NCBI GenBank assembly: GCA_965279515.1
Contig: CBDIID010000003.1
Span: 896,001-960,000, forward strand
Reading direction: 5' to 3'
From: Turneriella sp.
GTDB lineage: Bacteria; Spirochaetota; Leptospiria; Turneriellales; Turneriellaceae
Length of the DNA: 64,000 bases
Positions 9,886 through 19,121 of the stretch are shown in pieces. The notes beneath the pieces were generated by a model. It did no database searches, was not told the DNA's origin, and saw only the letters and a list, made by a program, of their open reading frames with translations. Each line of letters opens with the position of its first letter. The stretch's first letter is position 1. The position numbers and the translations under genes were made by a program.

Positions 9886-10704
9886 ATGTCTGAAAAGGTA
9901 AAAAAATTCCGCTTTAAAAAAGATACAGTTTACGACGCACTGTATATCTCCGATATCCATTACCTGCTGAAGAAGAAGGTCCGCAATCATATGCATAAAG
10001 ACCTCTTCAAAATGCTCGATCACCTGAAAAAACGCGGCGTGCGTTTCCGCAAGATTTTTCTTGTCGGCGATATCATTGAAAACTGGTATTTCAGCGCGCA
10101 GAGAAAACTCGTGCGCAAATTCGGTAAAAAACGCTTCAACAAGCTTTTCGACCGCTTCGACGCGCTCGCAACACCCGTTTCGCTCAAGGTTTACCTGATC
10201 GGCAACCACGACTCATTCAGCTATGTCGGCAGCCTGCCGCCGAAAATAGATCAGTACCTCAGGGAACGCGATTATGCGATCCAGGACCGCTATGAAAGCG
10301 AACGCCTGGTAGTATTGCACGGCCACCAGGGGCAATACACAAAATTTTCATGGTTCTTAAATATTCTCGGGGTGCGGCTTCTGCATCTACTGACGCATAT
10401 CTTTCCTTCGATTTTCATCACGATGGAAAATTTCTACCGCAAACATTTTAACTTCGACCGCAACGAGACCGAAGACGAGGTGCGCGAGTACTACGGCCTG
10501 CTGCGCGAACGCTCGAACCAGGGTAACCGCCTGCTGATCTGCGGCCATACCCACCAGGCGATGGCAGACCAGCGCCTGCGGGTTATCAATACCGGCGACT
10601 GGATCGAATCCGGCACGTTTGTCATCGAGCAGAACCAGGAATTTGTTGGTTTAGAGTTTAAATCGAAGAAGAAAATTCTGGAAAAATTCAACGTAAAACT
10701 GTAG
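9886..10704 (+). CDS. Calcineurin-like metallophosphoesterase (LpxH/PlcP-like)
   Basis: ISDIH, LVGDII, IGNHD, LHGH, CGHTH, NTGDW. Confidence 0.85.
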   Translation: MSEKVKKFRFKKDTVYDALYISDIHYLLKKKVRNHMHKDLFKMLDHLKKRGVRFRKIFLVGDIIENWYFSAQRKLVRKFGKKRFNKLFDRFDALATPVSLKVYLIGNHDSFSYVGSLPPKIDQYLRERDYAIQDRYESERLVVLHGHQGQYTKFSWFLNILGVRLLHLLTHIFPSIFITMENFYRKHFNFDRNETEDEVREYYGLLRERSNQGNRLLICGHTHQAMADQRLRVINTGDWIESGTFVIEQNQEFVGLEFKSKKKILEKFNVKL

Positions 10705-10727
10705 CGCCTGGGAACCGTATCCTATGT

Positions 10728-10788
10728 AACCACGGCGAACACGGCGATTTGGATTTTTCCCGCCGTGCCCTCCGTGATCGCCGTGGTT
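10728..10788. repeat. CACGG-unit palindromic intergenic repeat
   Basis: AACCACGGCGAACACGGCGAT...CGCCGTGCCCTCCGTGATCGCCGTGGTT between convergent genes. Confidence 0.85.
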
Positions 10789-12012
10789 CTATCTTGCGGC
10801 AGCCTTACGGTAGATCTTTTCGAGCTTATCAGTGCACTTGTCATGCCCGTGATCCTGCGCAATTTCGATGGAGGCCGCTGAACACGCCTCATAGAGCGCG
10901 GCATCTTTCAGCAGGCGCACCGCCGCTTCGGCCATTTTGTGTATGTCATGGGCAGGCGGCGTAAAACCGTTGCGGCCATTCTGGATGAGCTCGGGCAGCG
11001 CATAGGCATCCACACCCACCGCTGGTAATCCCGTCGCAATCGCCTCGAGCGCCACAAGGCCCTGCGTTTCCATCGCCGAAGCGGTGATAAAGAGGTCATG
11101 GTCGGCATAGATTTGCGGCAGCTCGCCGCGCGATTTGTAGCCCATGAAGTTGATGCTGTCGGCGACGTTCAGTTCCGACGCTTCGCGCTTCAGATCGAGC
11201 AGCACCGGCCCGTCGCCGACCACGGTCAGAAGCGCATCGGGAATCTCGCGCTTGATGAGTGTAAAGGCGCGTATGACTTCTTCGGTATTTTTTTCGGGCG
11301 CAATACGGCCGACATGCAGAATACGCGGATGGCTGACCGGGAAATGGCGCTTCTCGCCGCGGAAAAAACGCAAATCGATACCATTCGAGACAACCGTCAC
11401 CGGCGCTTTGATCTGATGGTTGATGAGTTCTTTTTTTATCAGCTCGCTCGGTGAGATAACGATCTGGCATTTCTCATAGAGCCGGTTCGCGAGCTTAAAG
11501 AGCAGCTTGCCACCCAGCGATGCCGGCCTTTTGCGCGTCAGTTTTTCGAGTTTTGAGGCTATTTTTTTCTTGCGGCGGAAACGTGTGAGTAGTTTGTCGA
11601 GCTTCAAAAGCCTGAAAGGATTTACGTACATCCCCACTTCACTCATCATTGTGTGGTAGGTGCCAATCACGGGAATCGAATAAATTTTGCCCGCGGCGAC
11701 CCCATACTGCCCCATAAAGCCCGGCGTCTGGATATGGATGAGGTCGGGCTTAAAATCCTTAATCACCTTGTGCAGACGCGTGCGGCCGGGCACAATGATG
11801 CGCATTTCGGGGTATGAAGGCAATGCCACCGACTTGAAACGCTCAATGCGGATGTTCGCTCCCATGAGCTCGGTGTCATCGTCACCATAACGGGGACAGC
11901 AGATCACAAACTTGTGTCCCCTGCCCTCGAGTTTCTCGCAAAAGTTTTGCACCGAAACGGCGATCCCGTCGATTTTCGGAAAAAAGGAATCCGTGAAGAT
12001 GGCAATCCGCAT
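10789..12012 (-). CDS. GT4 glycosyltransferase (1,2-diacylglycerol glycosyltransferase-like)
   Basis: MRIAIFTDSFFPKIDGIA, HIQTP, TYHT, VGRIAPEKN, ETQGLVALEA. Confidence 0.9.
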   Translation of the reverse strand: MRIAIFTDSFFPKIDGIAVSVQNFCEKLEGRGHKFVICCPRYGDDDTELMGANIRIERFKSVALPSYPEMRIIVPGRTRLHKVIKDFKPDLIHIQTPGFMGQYGVAAGKIYSIPVIGTYHTMMSEVGMYVNPFRLLKLDKLLTRFRRKKKIASKLEKLTRKRPASLGGKLLFKLANRLYEKCQIVISPSELIKKELINHQIKAPVTVVSNGIDLRFFRGEKRHFPVSHPRILHVGRIAPEKNTEEVIRAFTLIKREIPDALLTVVGDGPVLLDLKREASELNVADSINFMGYKSRGELPQIYADHDLFITASAMETQGLVALEAIATGLPAVGVDAYALPELIQNGRNGFTPPAHDIHKMAEAAVRLLKDAALYEACSAASIEIAQDHGHDKCTDKLEKIYRKAAAR

Positions 12013-12081
12013 AATATATTATTTCGCTAACTAACGAATCATAATCTGCGGGTCAACCTAAAATGGTTAAACCCAAAACAA

Positions 12082-13107
12082 TTATTTTGCGGCTTGCACG
12101 AGGGCGATGAGATCGGGCAGCATCGTCTCTGCCGTGAGTTTGTAGTGTTTCATGAGCGACGGTGCATCGCCTGACTGGCCGAACTCGTCGCGCAGGCCGA
12201 TGCGATGCACGCGGCAGGGCTGCTTTTCGGCGATAATTTCAGCGACGGCAGACCCCATGCCCGCCATGATGTTGTGCTCTTCAAAGGTCACAACCAGTTT
12301 CGCATCTTTCGCTTCTGTGAGGATGGTCTTCTCATCGAGAGGTTTTACCGAATATGCGTCAATCACCGTCGGCTTCACACCGGTCTCTTTTTCGAGCAGC
12401 GCCGCGGCTTTCCAGGCCTCATAGACCATGACACCGGTGGCCACAAAAACAACCGGTGCGCCATGGTTCAAGGATGAACCGGGGTCGGCCGAGCCAGGGA
12501 TGGCGAAAGGCCGACCTTTCTGCAAAACGGTTGAACCACCAACTTTAAAAGTATCGGCTGCGCTGTAGATCGACGGCACATTCGGCCGGCCGAGGCGCAG
12601 GTAGACAGGTCCATCAAATGCCACAGCCGCTTTAATCGCCGCAGCGGCGTGAAAATAATCGGCAGGCACAAGTACGGTCAGGCCGGGGATAACCCGCGTC
12701 AGGGCGAGGTCTTCAATGATCTGGTGGCTGGCACCGTCTTCGCCGAGTGTAATGCCGGCATGCGTTGCAGCGACTTTGACGTTGAGGTGAGGATAACAAA
12801 CCGAATTACGCAGAATTTCCCAGGCGCGGCCGGCGGCAAACATCGCAAAACTCGACGCCACGGGTATGAGCCCCGAGAGCGCAAAGCCGGCTGCCTGGCC
12901 GATGAGGTTCTGCTCCGCCACGCCGTAATTAAAGAAGCGATCAGGGTACTTTTCACTGAATTTTTTGGTTTTCGTCGAACCTGAAAGGTCGGCATCGAGT
13001 ACCACGACCTTAGGGTTCTCAGCCCCGATTTCGACGAGTGCCGCGCCATAACCGTCGCGGGTCGCCTTTTTCTCGAGATTTGCAGCGAGTATATCTGTAA
13101 CTGGCAC
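12082..13107 (-). CDS. Transketolase C-terminal subunit (split transketolase), carrying an 18-aa palindrome-derived insertion
   Basis: ATRDGYG, DADLSGST, GVAEQN, GEDGASHQ, GPVYLRL, EEH; GTG start. Confidence 0.93.
   Translation of the reverse strand: MPVTDILAANLEKKATRDGYGAALVEIGAENPKVVVLDADLSGSTKTKKFSEKYPDRFFNYGVAEQNLIGQAAGFALSGLIPVASSFAMFAAGRAWEILRNSVCYPHLNVKVAATHAGITLGEDGASHQIIEDLALTRVIPGLTVLVPADYFHAAAAIKAAVAFDGPVYLRLGRPNVPSIYSAADTFKVGGSTVLQKGRPFAIPGSADPGSSLNHGAPVVFVATGVMVYEAWKAAALLEKETGVKPTVIDAYSVKPLDEKTILTEAKDAKLVVTFEEHNIMAGMGSAVAEIIAEKQPCRVHRIGLRDEFGQSGDAPSLMKHYKLTAETMLPDLIALVQAAK
12465..12516 (+). repeat. Twin-hairpin A(N)GGA-loop element (copy 2), in-frame and antisense inside the transketolase gene
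   Basis: GGTTC-AAGGAT-GAACC GG GGTCGGCC-GA-GCC-AGGGAT-GGC-GAAA-GGCCGACC. Confidence 0.9.
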
Positions 13108-13214
13108 ATGGCTAAACCGGGGGTTTTAACACGCTGTCACCCGGATTTCCACAGAATGCTCAGTGAGGTGAGAAAAACAAGCCTGTTTTTGGTATTTCAT
13201 TTATAGAGCCAGCC

Positions 13215-13799
13215 ATGAAATACATCCACCCCCTGCACCACCGAAAAACATCCGTGTCGCTGCCGCGCGCCTCTTACCGCCGTATGTGCGCGGCCCGTAA
13301 AATTTTTGCCCGTAACGGTATTTACTATTCCCGGCAGGAAATTTACCGCCGCCTGTTTAAGCTCTTCCTTAAGAACTGGCGCGGCCGCGGTGCAAAAACC
13401 AATGGTCTTCGGCGCTACAATGCCGATGGTAAGGATTTTGAAATCCACCCGCTCTATATCAATCAGGTGCTCTATGCGGCCCTCTGGCAGCGTGCGCTGC
13501 ATTCGGGTGAATCTATTTCACGCATGCTCGATGTGGCAATCCGTGTCTATCTGCCTCAGCTGCTGGAGAGCTTGTTGTTCTCGCCTCGGCCGCAAGCGAC
13601 TTTGACTAAGAACATTCGGTATTGGACGATGCGCTACTGCCAACGGAAGAATCAACAACCGGACTTTTTCATTAACTACCTCTGTCATACGCGGATGAAT
13701 GACGGAAGCGGCCTGGAATATTCGCAAAGTATGCAGATTATCTCCAAAGCAGGCCTTTCGCCCATGCAGATTTGGGACTTGTTACACCGGGCGGCGTAA
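13215..13799 (+). CDS. Hypothetical basic protein (possible ribbon-helix-helix-like DNA-binding protein)
   Basis: 194-aa ORF filling the gap; KTSVSLP...Y and GESISRMLDVAIRVY segments resemble RHH patterns; no firm family. Confidence 0.6.
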   Translation: MKYIHPLHHRKTSVSLPRASYRRMCAARKIFARNGIYYSRQEIYRRLFKLFLKNWRGRGAKTNGLRRYNADGKDFEIHPLYINQVLYAALWQRALHSGESISRMLDVAIRVYLPQLLESLLFSPRPQATLTKNIRYWTMRYCQRKNQQPDFFINYLCHTRMNDGSGLEYSQSMQIISKAGLSPMQIWDLLHRAA

Positions 13800-13823
13800 A
13801 AATTCCAAATTCACACGGCGCAA

Positions 13824-16052
13824 TTACTTGATTACGATAGAATGTTTGAGATTCGTCTCGAGCTGCCGGTCAAACAGCTTATATTCGCCGTAACCCGAAA
13901 AAATCGTATTATCATTTTCGGCCTTCACCTGCGAAACGGTGCCCGAACCATTGCCGCGGTTCGTGCGCACATCGACGGTCTCCCACTGCAAGGGTAACTG
14001 CTGCGCACGCGCCCAGGCGCCCAACCGCACACGCTTCAGGCGAATATCGGTGACCGACATCGCCTTGAGGTAGTGATCCGCCGCGCGCTCACCGTTATAG
14101 TTGTTATCGTGGACAATTTCCACGCCGGAGAAGTACTCAAAATAATCACCGCCAAACCAGGGCTTCAAAAGGTCATAACCGCCGTCGAGGTTCAGGCGTA
14201 AATTATGGGTATACCACGGTGAGTTCGCTTCGTCCCCCGCATAAGAGAGGGAAAGGTTTGTCCAGTTTTTGCCGTCCGCCGACGAAAGCCGGAATGTTCC
14301 GCCGGAATACTGCGGCGCAAAGAACAGTTCACCCTTAAGGGGTGTTCTCTGCCCCCAGTCAAAATTTTTGATCTCAATCGGCATGGCAAAATCGAGATAC
14401 TGGAAAAATCTCACGAAATACTCGCGGCGCTTCAGGTGCGATGGCAGCCACGAATAGTGCATACCGTCACGCACTTCCTCCCAATAATCGTCGAGCCAGA
14501 AATTGACATAGGGCTTAAGGTCTGACCAGTAGATATTCTCTGAGACCAGGGGCGCGGCGATTCTGCCGCTCAGGGCAAAAATTTTCTGTTCTGAAACCTG
14601 GCCGCGCTCGCGCATCAGCGCGTTGACGCGGGGCTTAAAAGCCACCGGATAGAGTTCAAGCGAGCCCTGGGCCGAAGTCGTGAGCTGCGAATTGCCGCTC
14701 ATGGCTTTAATCTCCGCAGAAAATTTTTCGTTCGCAAGCGCCAGGTGCGCTTCGGGAATCCGGATTACCGGCAGGGTACGCTCATCGCCCACAGCAAAAC
14801 CGCCGTCGGCGATATCGAGATTCATTTCCGTTTTGGCATATTTGTTCCCGTTGCGGCCCGAAAGGTTAATCGAGAGATTCGTCAGGCCATAGAGTTTTTT
14901 CTGCGCCGGCAGGCGGAGCATCTTTTTGCCGAAGAGTTTGGGTTCGATTCGGAAAGTATATTTCTCCGGCAGGGCATCCGGCCGCAGATCTTCGAATTCG
15001 GCATTCACATTATAACTCTCGAGCGCTGCGCGCACATAACCTGTGGAGCTCTGTCCCTTGATGAGCATTTTTGTATCAACAGCGAAAGAATCGGAATGAT
15101 ACCATTCGCGCTTTTTCTTTGAAATCGTAAAATCGCGCGCCGCCATCGCCATGCGAAAATTAGACACCGGCTCACGGAATTTCTCCGGTTTGCCCTTCAC
15201 GATGCGTTCGGCCTCGACCAGGGTACGGTCGAAGGCAACCTCACCCGAAAGCAGGCCCGATGTGATATCATACTCTTTCTGAAAATTATTCAGCAGAACT
15301 GTTTTCAGGCCAGACGGTTTGAAATACCAGTATCCCTCTAAATCGTCGCAGCCGAGCGAAACGCAGGCTTTGAACTTACCGAAAAAATCGCCGTCACCGA
15401 TCGTCGAACTTTCATAACGCACCAGCGCCTGCACTTCCTTACCGGCATGCCTGACGGTGAAATACAGGGTCTGTACTGGGGTAATTTCCTGAAAATAGCT
15501 GTTGTCTTTGACGTTGAGCGCGAAGCGGCATTCGTCGCACTCGACATGGTACTGCAGGTTTTCCTGCATCAGGCGCCGTACCTGGTTTAAAACTTCTTTA
15601 TCCGCCGCATCGGCTGTAAGCCAGTAACTGACCTTGCCCTTGTCGATGACAATGCGCGCCTTGGAAAGCCAGTCGCGGTCCGACGCATTCGGAAAACCAA
15701 AAGGAACGTGGATATAGACCGCCGGCGCCTCGAGCAGGTAGCGCCCACGCGAAAAATCCTTATCGAAGGAAACACGCACGCCGATGATGCGCACGCCGCG
15801 GAACAGGCTGACATCGACGCCCTGGTAAGAGATCGCGATGCCGCTGGCATCGATCACCTCGTTGAGTTTTGCCTGGAACGCTTTGCTGTTAAAAAACAGC
15901 GAGGGCACTGCATCGGCGGTGAACCAGAGGACAATAGCGGCCACGATGCTGATGCTGTATTTAAGCATGCGCCGCGTCGCGAATGCTTCGAGGCGGGTAC
16001 GCGCCGATTTGAGAACGGTCTCCCGGTCAAATCGCATTTGCTGTTTCGTCAA
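13824..16052 (-). CDS. Large membrane-anchored hypothetical protein (AsmA-like architecture possible)
   Basis: 742-aa ORF, one N-terminal TM helix followed by beta-rich body; start uncertain. Confidence 0.7.
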   Translation of the reverse strand: MTKQQMRFDRETVLKSARTRLEAFATRRMLKYSISIVAAIVLWFTADAVPSLFFNSKAFQAKLNEVIDASGIAISYQGVDVSLFRGVRIIGVRVSFDKDFSRGRYLLEAPAVYIHVPFGFPNASDRDWLSKARIVIDKGKVSYWLTADAADKEVLNQVRRLMQENLQYHVECDECRFALNVKDNSYFQEITPVQTLYFTVRHAGKEVQALVRYESSTIGDGDFFGKFKACVSLGCDDLEGYWYFKPSGLKTVLLNNFQKEYDITSGLLSGEVAFDRTLVEAERIVKGKPEKFREPVSNFRMAMAARDFTISKKKREWYHSDSFAVDTKMLIKGQSSTGYVRAALESYNVNAEFEDLRPDALPEKYTFRIEPKLFGKKMLRLPAQKKLYGLTNLSINLSGRNGNKYAKTEMNLDIADGGFAVGDERTLPVIRIPEAHLALANEKFSAEIKAMSGNSQLTTSAQGSLELYPVAFKPRVNALMRERGQVSEQKIFALSGRIAAPLVSENIYWSDLKPYVNFWLDDYWEEVRDGMHYSWLPSHLKRREYFVRFFQYLDFAMPIEIKNFDWGQRTPLKGELFFAPQYSGGTFRLSSADGKNWTNLSLSYAGDEANSPWYTHNLRLNLDGGYDLLKPWFGGDYFEYFSGVEIVHDNNYNGERAADHYLKAMSVTDIRLKRVRLGAWARAQQLPLQWETVDVRTNRGNGSGTVSQVKAENDNTIFSGYGEYKLFDRQLETNLKHSIVIK

Positions 16053-16362
16053 GTTCCCTGAGGAATTTATAAGTGTAAATCCCGGTATTGTGCCCGTCGC
16101 TGAAGGTAAAATTCACGGCATAATTTCCCACCCAGTCAAAGGAGGCAATTTCAACCATGGGCGGCACGCCTTTCGGCCCGCGGATGGCATTCGGGTCCGG
16201 GTTATGCAGATCGCGGCAGGTCGCGCACGGGCAGCGCATGCGCAGGTTGAATGCTGAGTGTGCGCTTTCGGCACCGTCTGACCAGCGTATCGCCGCGACA
16301 TTGCCAGAGAGGACCTTTTTGGGCAGGCGGATTTCAATCGATTCGGGGAGTATTACGGGCAT
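16027..16362 (-). CDS. DUF971 / gamma-butyrobetaine hydroxylase-like domain protein
   Basis: WSDG, LRMRCPCATC, VGNYAVNFTFSDGHNTGIYTY. Confidence 0.92.
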   Translation of the reverse strand: MPVILPESIEIRLPKKVLSGNVAAIRWSDGAESAHSAFNLRMRCPCATCRDLHNPDPNAIRGPKGVPPMVEIASFDWVGNYAVNFTFSDGHNTGIYTYKFLRELDETANAI

Positions 16363-16386
16363 GGTGTTTGCCGGGTAAGTGGCAAT

Positions 16387-17265
16387 CTAAGTTTTGGGCC
16401 GTATACCCAAAAACCCCTGAAACCAACTGAGCAGTGCCCGGTAAAATTTCGCGAACGGTTGCTGCTCGAAAAAGAGCAACACCGTATCGCGCCCGCAGGC
16501 GATAATCTCAAAGGCAATAAACCCAGGCGCTCTGAAAAAATATTCGCGAAATAACCGGGCGCGGTTCCGGAACATGTGTTGGTAACGGAACAAGGAATAT
16601 CCCGGCGGGTGCAGGGTGAATCCCATGATCTTTTTGCCCTTGCGCTCGCCGCGCGCATGTTCGAGCACAGCATCGCCACAGATCATAGTTTGAATTCCCG
16701 CTTGGCGCTTTGCCCTGAGGCAGAACTCCCAGTCGACATAGTCGATGAAAAACTCTTCGCGCATGCCCCCAACGCGTTCAAAAACCTGACGGCTAATCAG
16801 CGTCCCCGAGGCGATGGCCAGCATCGCGTGTGGCAGCACTGCCCCTTGCGGGCAAGCACGCCGGCGGAACAGAAATTTTGCATAAACAGGATATTTGCTG
16901 AAATGGCGGGTGTTGACATCGAAGATCTGCGCGCCCACGATCACGGGATGGGATTCGTTTTTATATGCAGTCCACAGGGCTTTGGTTAATCCCCGCTGCG
17001 GCGTCGAATCGTGATCGAATAGGATTACCCCGTCGGCCTTTTTATCGAACGCGAGTTTTAATCCCACATTCTGCGCATGCGCGATGCCGGTATTTTTACC
17101 AAGCTCGACCACGGTCGCTTTTGTCTTTTTGAGTATTTTCAGACTCTCAGCGGGCGAGCCGTTATCGATGACGTAGACCGCATCGCATTCCCGCGCAATA
17201 GCTTTAACACGATCTGCTATTCCCGTATCCGGGTTGTACGTAACTATAACCGCGGCTGTCTTCAT
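16387..17265 (-). CDS. GT2 glycosyltransferase (rhamnosyltransferase-like)
   Basis: VTYNPD, IDNGS, NTGIAHAQNVG, FDHDS, IASG, FFIDYVDWEFCLRA. Confidence 0.9.
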   Translation of the reverse strand: MKTAAVIVTYNPDTGIADRVKAIARECDAVYVIDNGSPAESLKILKKTKATVVELGKNTGIAHAQNVGLKLAFDKKADGVILFDHDSTPQRGLTKALWTAYKNESHPVIVGAQIFDVNTRHFSKYPVYAKFLFRRRACPQGAVLPHAMLAIASGTLISRQVFERVGGMREEFFIDYVDWEFCLRAKRQAGIQTMICGDAVLEHARGERKGKKIMGFTLHPPGYSLFRYQHMFRNRARLFREYFFRAPGFIAFEIIACGRDTVLLFFEQQPFAKFYRALLSWFQGFLGIRPKT

Positions 17266-17272
17266 GGGGTTG

Positions 17273-17293
17273 TTAAGGGGCGAAGCCCCTTAA
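17273..17293. terminator. Hairpin 3' of tmRNA
   Basis: TTAAGGGGC-GAA-GCCCCTTAA. Confidence 0.6.
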
Positions 17294-17299
17294 ACATTT

Positions 17300-17639
17300 T
17301 GGAGACGGCGGGAGTCGAACCCGCGTCTTACCGCTCAATCATTCGCTTTCTACATGCTTAGTCGGTAATTGTTTTTCTATGAACCGCCGCCCGCCGACAG
17401 GCAACGAATCCACATAGCGGCTTAACTTCGCCAAGACGCGCGCCGCGCGCGTCCCGGCTATTTTGCTGTAAGGTTTAAGGCTATAACTTCCGCAAACTCA
17501 GATCATAGCCAGTGCCTCGTGCGATTAAGCAGCGAGAGCGTAGTTTTCGTTTTCTGCAGTTAAACAGATTGCCTTTTATGGAGGCTACCATGCATGCTTT
17601 TCAAACAACCAATACGATAATCGAAGCCATTGCGTCCCC
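17300..17639 (-). ncRNA. ssrA: tmRNA (one-piece); tag reading frame AENENYALAA* at 17557-17525
   Basis: 5' GGGGACG pairs with 3' CGTCTCC-A giving G3.U; T-arm GCGGGTTCGACTCCCGC; resume codon GCA after TTAACT; tag ends YALAA-stop. Confidence 0.97.
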
Positions 17640-17682
17640 TAAGGTTTTTGCGCACTCTTGCGCAAAAGCCGTGGCTACCAAT

Positions 17683-17711
17683 ACTATACTCCATTATGTG
17701 AAATATGTCCA
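17683..17711 (-). promoter_or_regulatory. Putative sigma70 promoter of ssrA
   Basis: TGGACA-17 nt-TATAGT on the minus strand, about 45 nt upstream of the tmRNA 5' end. Confidence 0.6.
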
Positions 17712-17809
17712 AGAAAACCGGAAGCCGGCCTCTTGGCCGCTTCAGCCGTGAACTTGCCGCAGGCAAGTTTTAGGGCTTCCGGTTTTGAGGGATCGGTAGC
17801 CCTTTTCTA

Positions 17810-17882
<73 letters not shown>

Positions 17883-17952
17883 CCAGGATATAAAATCCGT
17901 CCCGGAGAAAACTGGAGACAAAACAGCCGGTAAAGCAAAAATTGGGCTAAAT

Positions 17953-18046
17953 GCGGGCGTCCCCCTACGCTGCGCTCCGGGTCGGGCCCTTCCGGGCTCC
18001 GCTAACGCTGCGGCCCTGCGGGCTGCCCCTGCAGGTCCCTGACGCA
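17953..18046. repeat. GC-rich multi-hairpin intergenic element
   Basis: GGGCGTCCCC...CGCTGCGCTCCGGGTCGGGCCCTTCCGGGCTCCGCTAACGCTGCGGCCCTGCGGGC...CCTGACGC; very GC-rich against AT-rich flanks; single copy in window. Confidence 0.5.
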
Positions 18047-18128
18047 CACTGCTGCATGTATGCTTAAACGTAATATAAAGCCTGCGCACGACCAATAAAA
18101 TATATATAGATCAAATTATCTATTGTTA

Positions 18129-18157
18129 TTGACAAGCCATCCCCACCGCCGCATACT
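18129..18157 (+). promoter_or_regulatory. Putative sigma70 promoter of hsp20
   Basis: TTGACA-17 nt-CATACT, AT-rich upstream region. Confidence 0.65.
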
Positions 18158-18190
18158 GCGATTAGCCGCCCCTGCGGCACGGAGGAACCT

Positions 18191-18691
18191 ATGAATATTA
18201 TCAAACCATGGACCAGCGAAGGCCGCGAACGCCTCGCCAGTGATTTTAATACGCGCATCGCGCAGTTGCAGCATGAGTTTAACCACCTGTTTGATGGCAT
18301 CAGCAGCGGCTGGCGCTCGAACCCGCTGGTTCTCGAATCGGAGAAATTCTTCAACCGGTTCATACCCAGCATCAATGTGCGCGAAAACGACAAAGACATC
18401 ACCGTCACGGCCGAGCTGCCGGGCCTCGAAGAGAAAGATATCCACGTCACCCACTCCGAGAATGAACTCATTCTCGAAGGCGACAAAAAGATCGAAAAGC
18501 GCGATCCCAAAGACAAAGATCACGTGATCGAGAGCTCGTATGGCAGCTTTCGCCGCATCATCGGCCTGCCTACGTCGATCGATCTCACGAAGATCGACGC
18601 TAAATTCAAAAACGGCGTCCTGACCATCACCCTGCCCAAATCTGAAAAGGCAAAGGAAAACGTCCGTAAAATAGAAATCAAAGCTGGTTAA
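18191..18691 (+). CDS. Hsp20/alpha-crystallin small heat-shock protein
   Basis: PSINVRE, AELPG, ESSYGSFRR, AKFKNGVLTITLPK; GGAGGA SD. Confidence 0.95.
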   Translation: MNIIKPWTSEGRERLASDFNTRIAQLQHEFNHLFDGISSGWRSNPLVLESEKFFNRFIPSINVRENDKDITVTAELPGLEEKDIHVTHSENELILEGDKKIEKRDPKDKDHVIESSYGSFRRIIGLPTSIDLTKIDAKFKNGVLTITLPKSEKAKENVRKIEIKAG

Positions 18692-18702
18692 ACTGGTCTT
18701 TG

Positions 18703-18736
18703 GGCTGCCCGACCGCTCCGCCGGGCAGCCTTTTTT
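18703..18736 (+). terminator. Intrinsic terminator after hsp20
   Basis: GGCTGCCCG...CGGGCAGCC followed by TTTTTT. Confidence 0.8.
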
Positions 18737-18809
18737 AAAAAACAGTTCAGGGATTTCGTAAACAACCGATACTAATTATGTCACATAAGGCGCGTTAGCG
18801 CCCTTAGAC

Positions 18810-18859
18810 ACCTGCCAAGGACGGCAGGTAAAGATCAGGCATGGATGCCCCGGGATTTT
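18810..18859 (+). repeat. Twin-hairpin A(N)GGA-loop element (copy 3) in the leader of the 76-aa gene
   Basis: ACCTGCC-AAGGAC-GGCAGGT AAAGATC-A-GGC-ATGGAT-GCC-CCGG-GATTTT. Confidence 0.85.
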
Positions 18860-18890
18860 CAAAGAAAATCCGCTGAACTAAAGGAGCAAC

Positions 18891-19121
18891 ATGCGTAAAC
18901 CCTCAATCGCGGCTGGCCGCAACAAATTCAAAAAGGTTCTGTCACAGTACGTCAAACACCAGGGCCTCGACCTCGAAGTCACCATGAAAGGCGGCGAACG
19001 CGTTACCCTGTCAAAAATGCGGAAAATCGAAGGCGATCAGGTCATCTCCACCACATCGCGTGGCATCCAGTCAGCGCTGGCTATCCGCGATATCACACAC
19101 CTCGAAGTTTTTGTAAACTGA
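18891..19121 (+). CDS. Small basic hypothetical protein (76 aa)
   Basis: AAGGAG SD, typical codon usage, fills the intergenic gap. Confidence 0.8.
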   Translation: MRKPSIAAGRNKFKKVLSQYVKHQGLDLEVTMKGGERVTLSKMRKIEGDQVISTTSRGIQSALAIRDITHLEVFVN

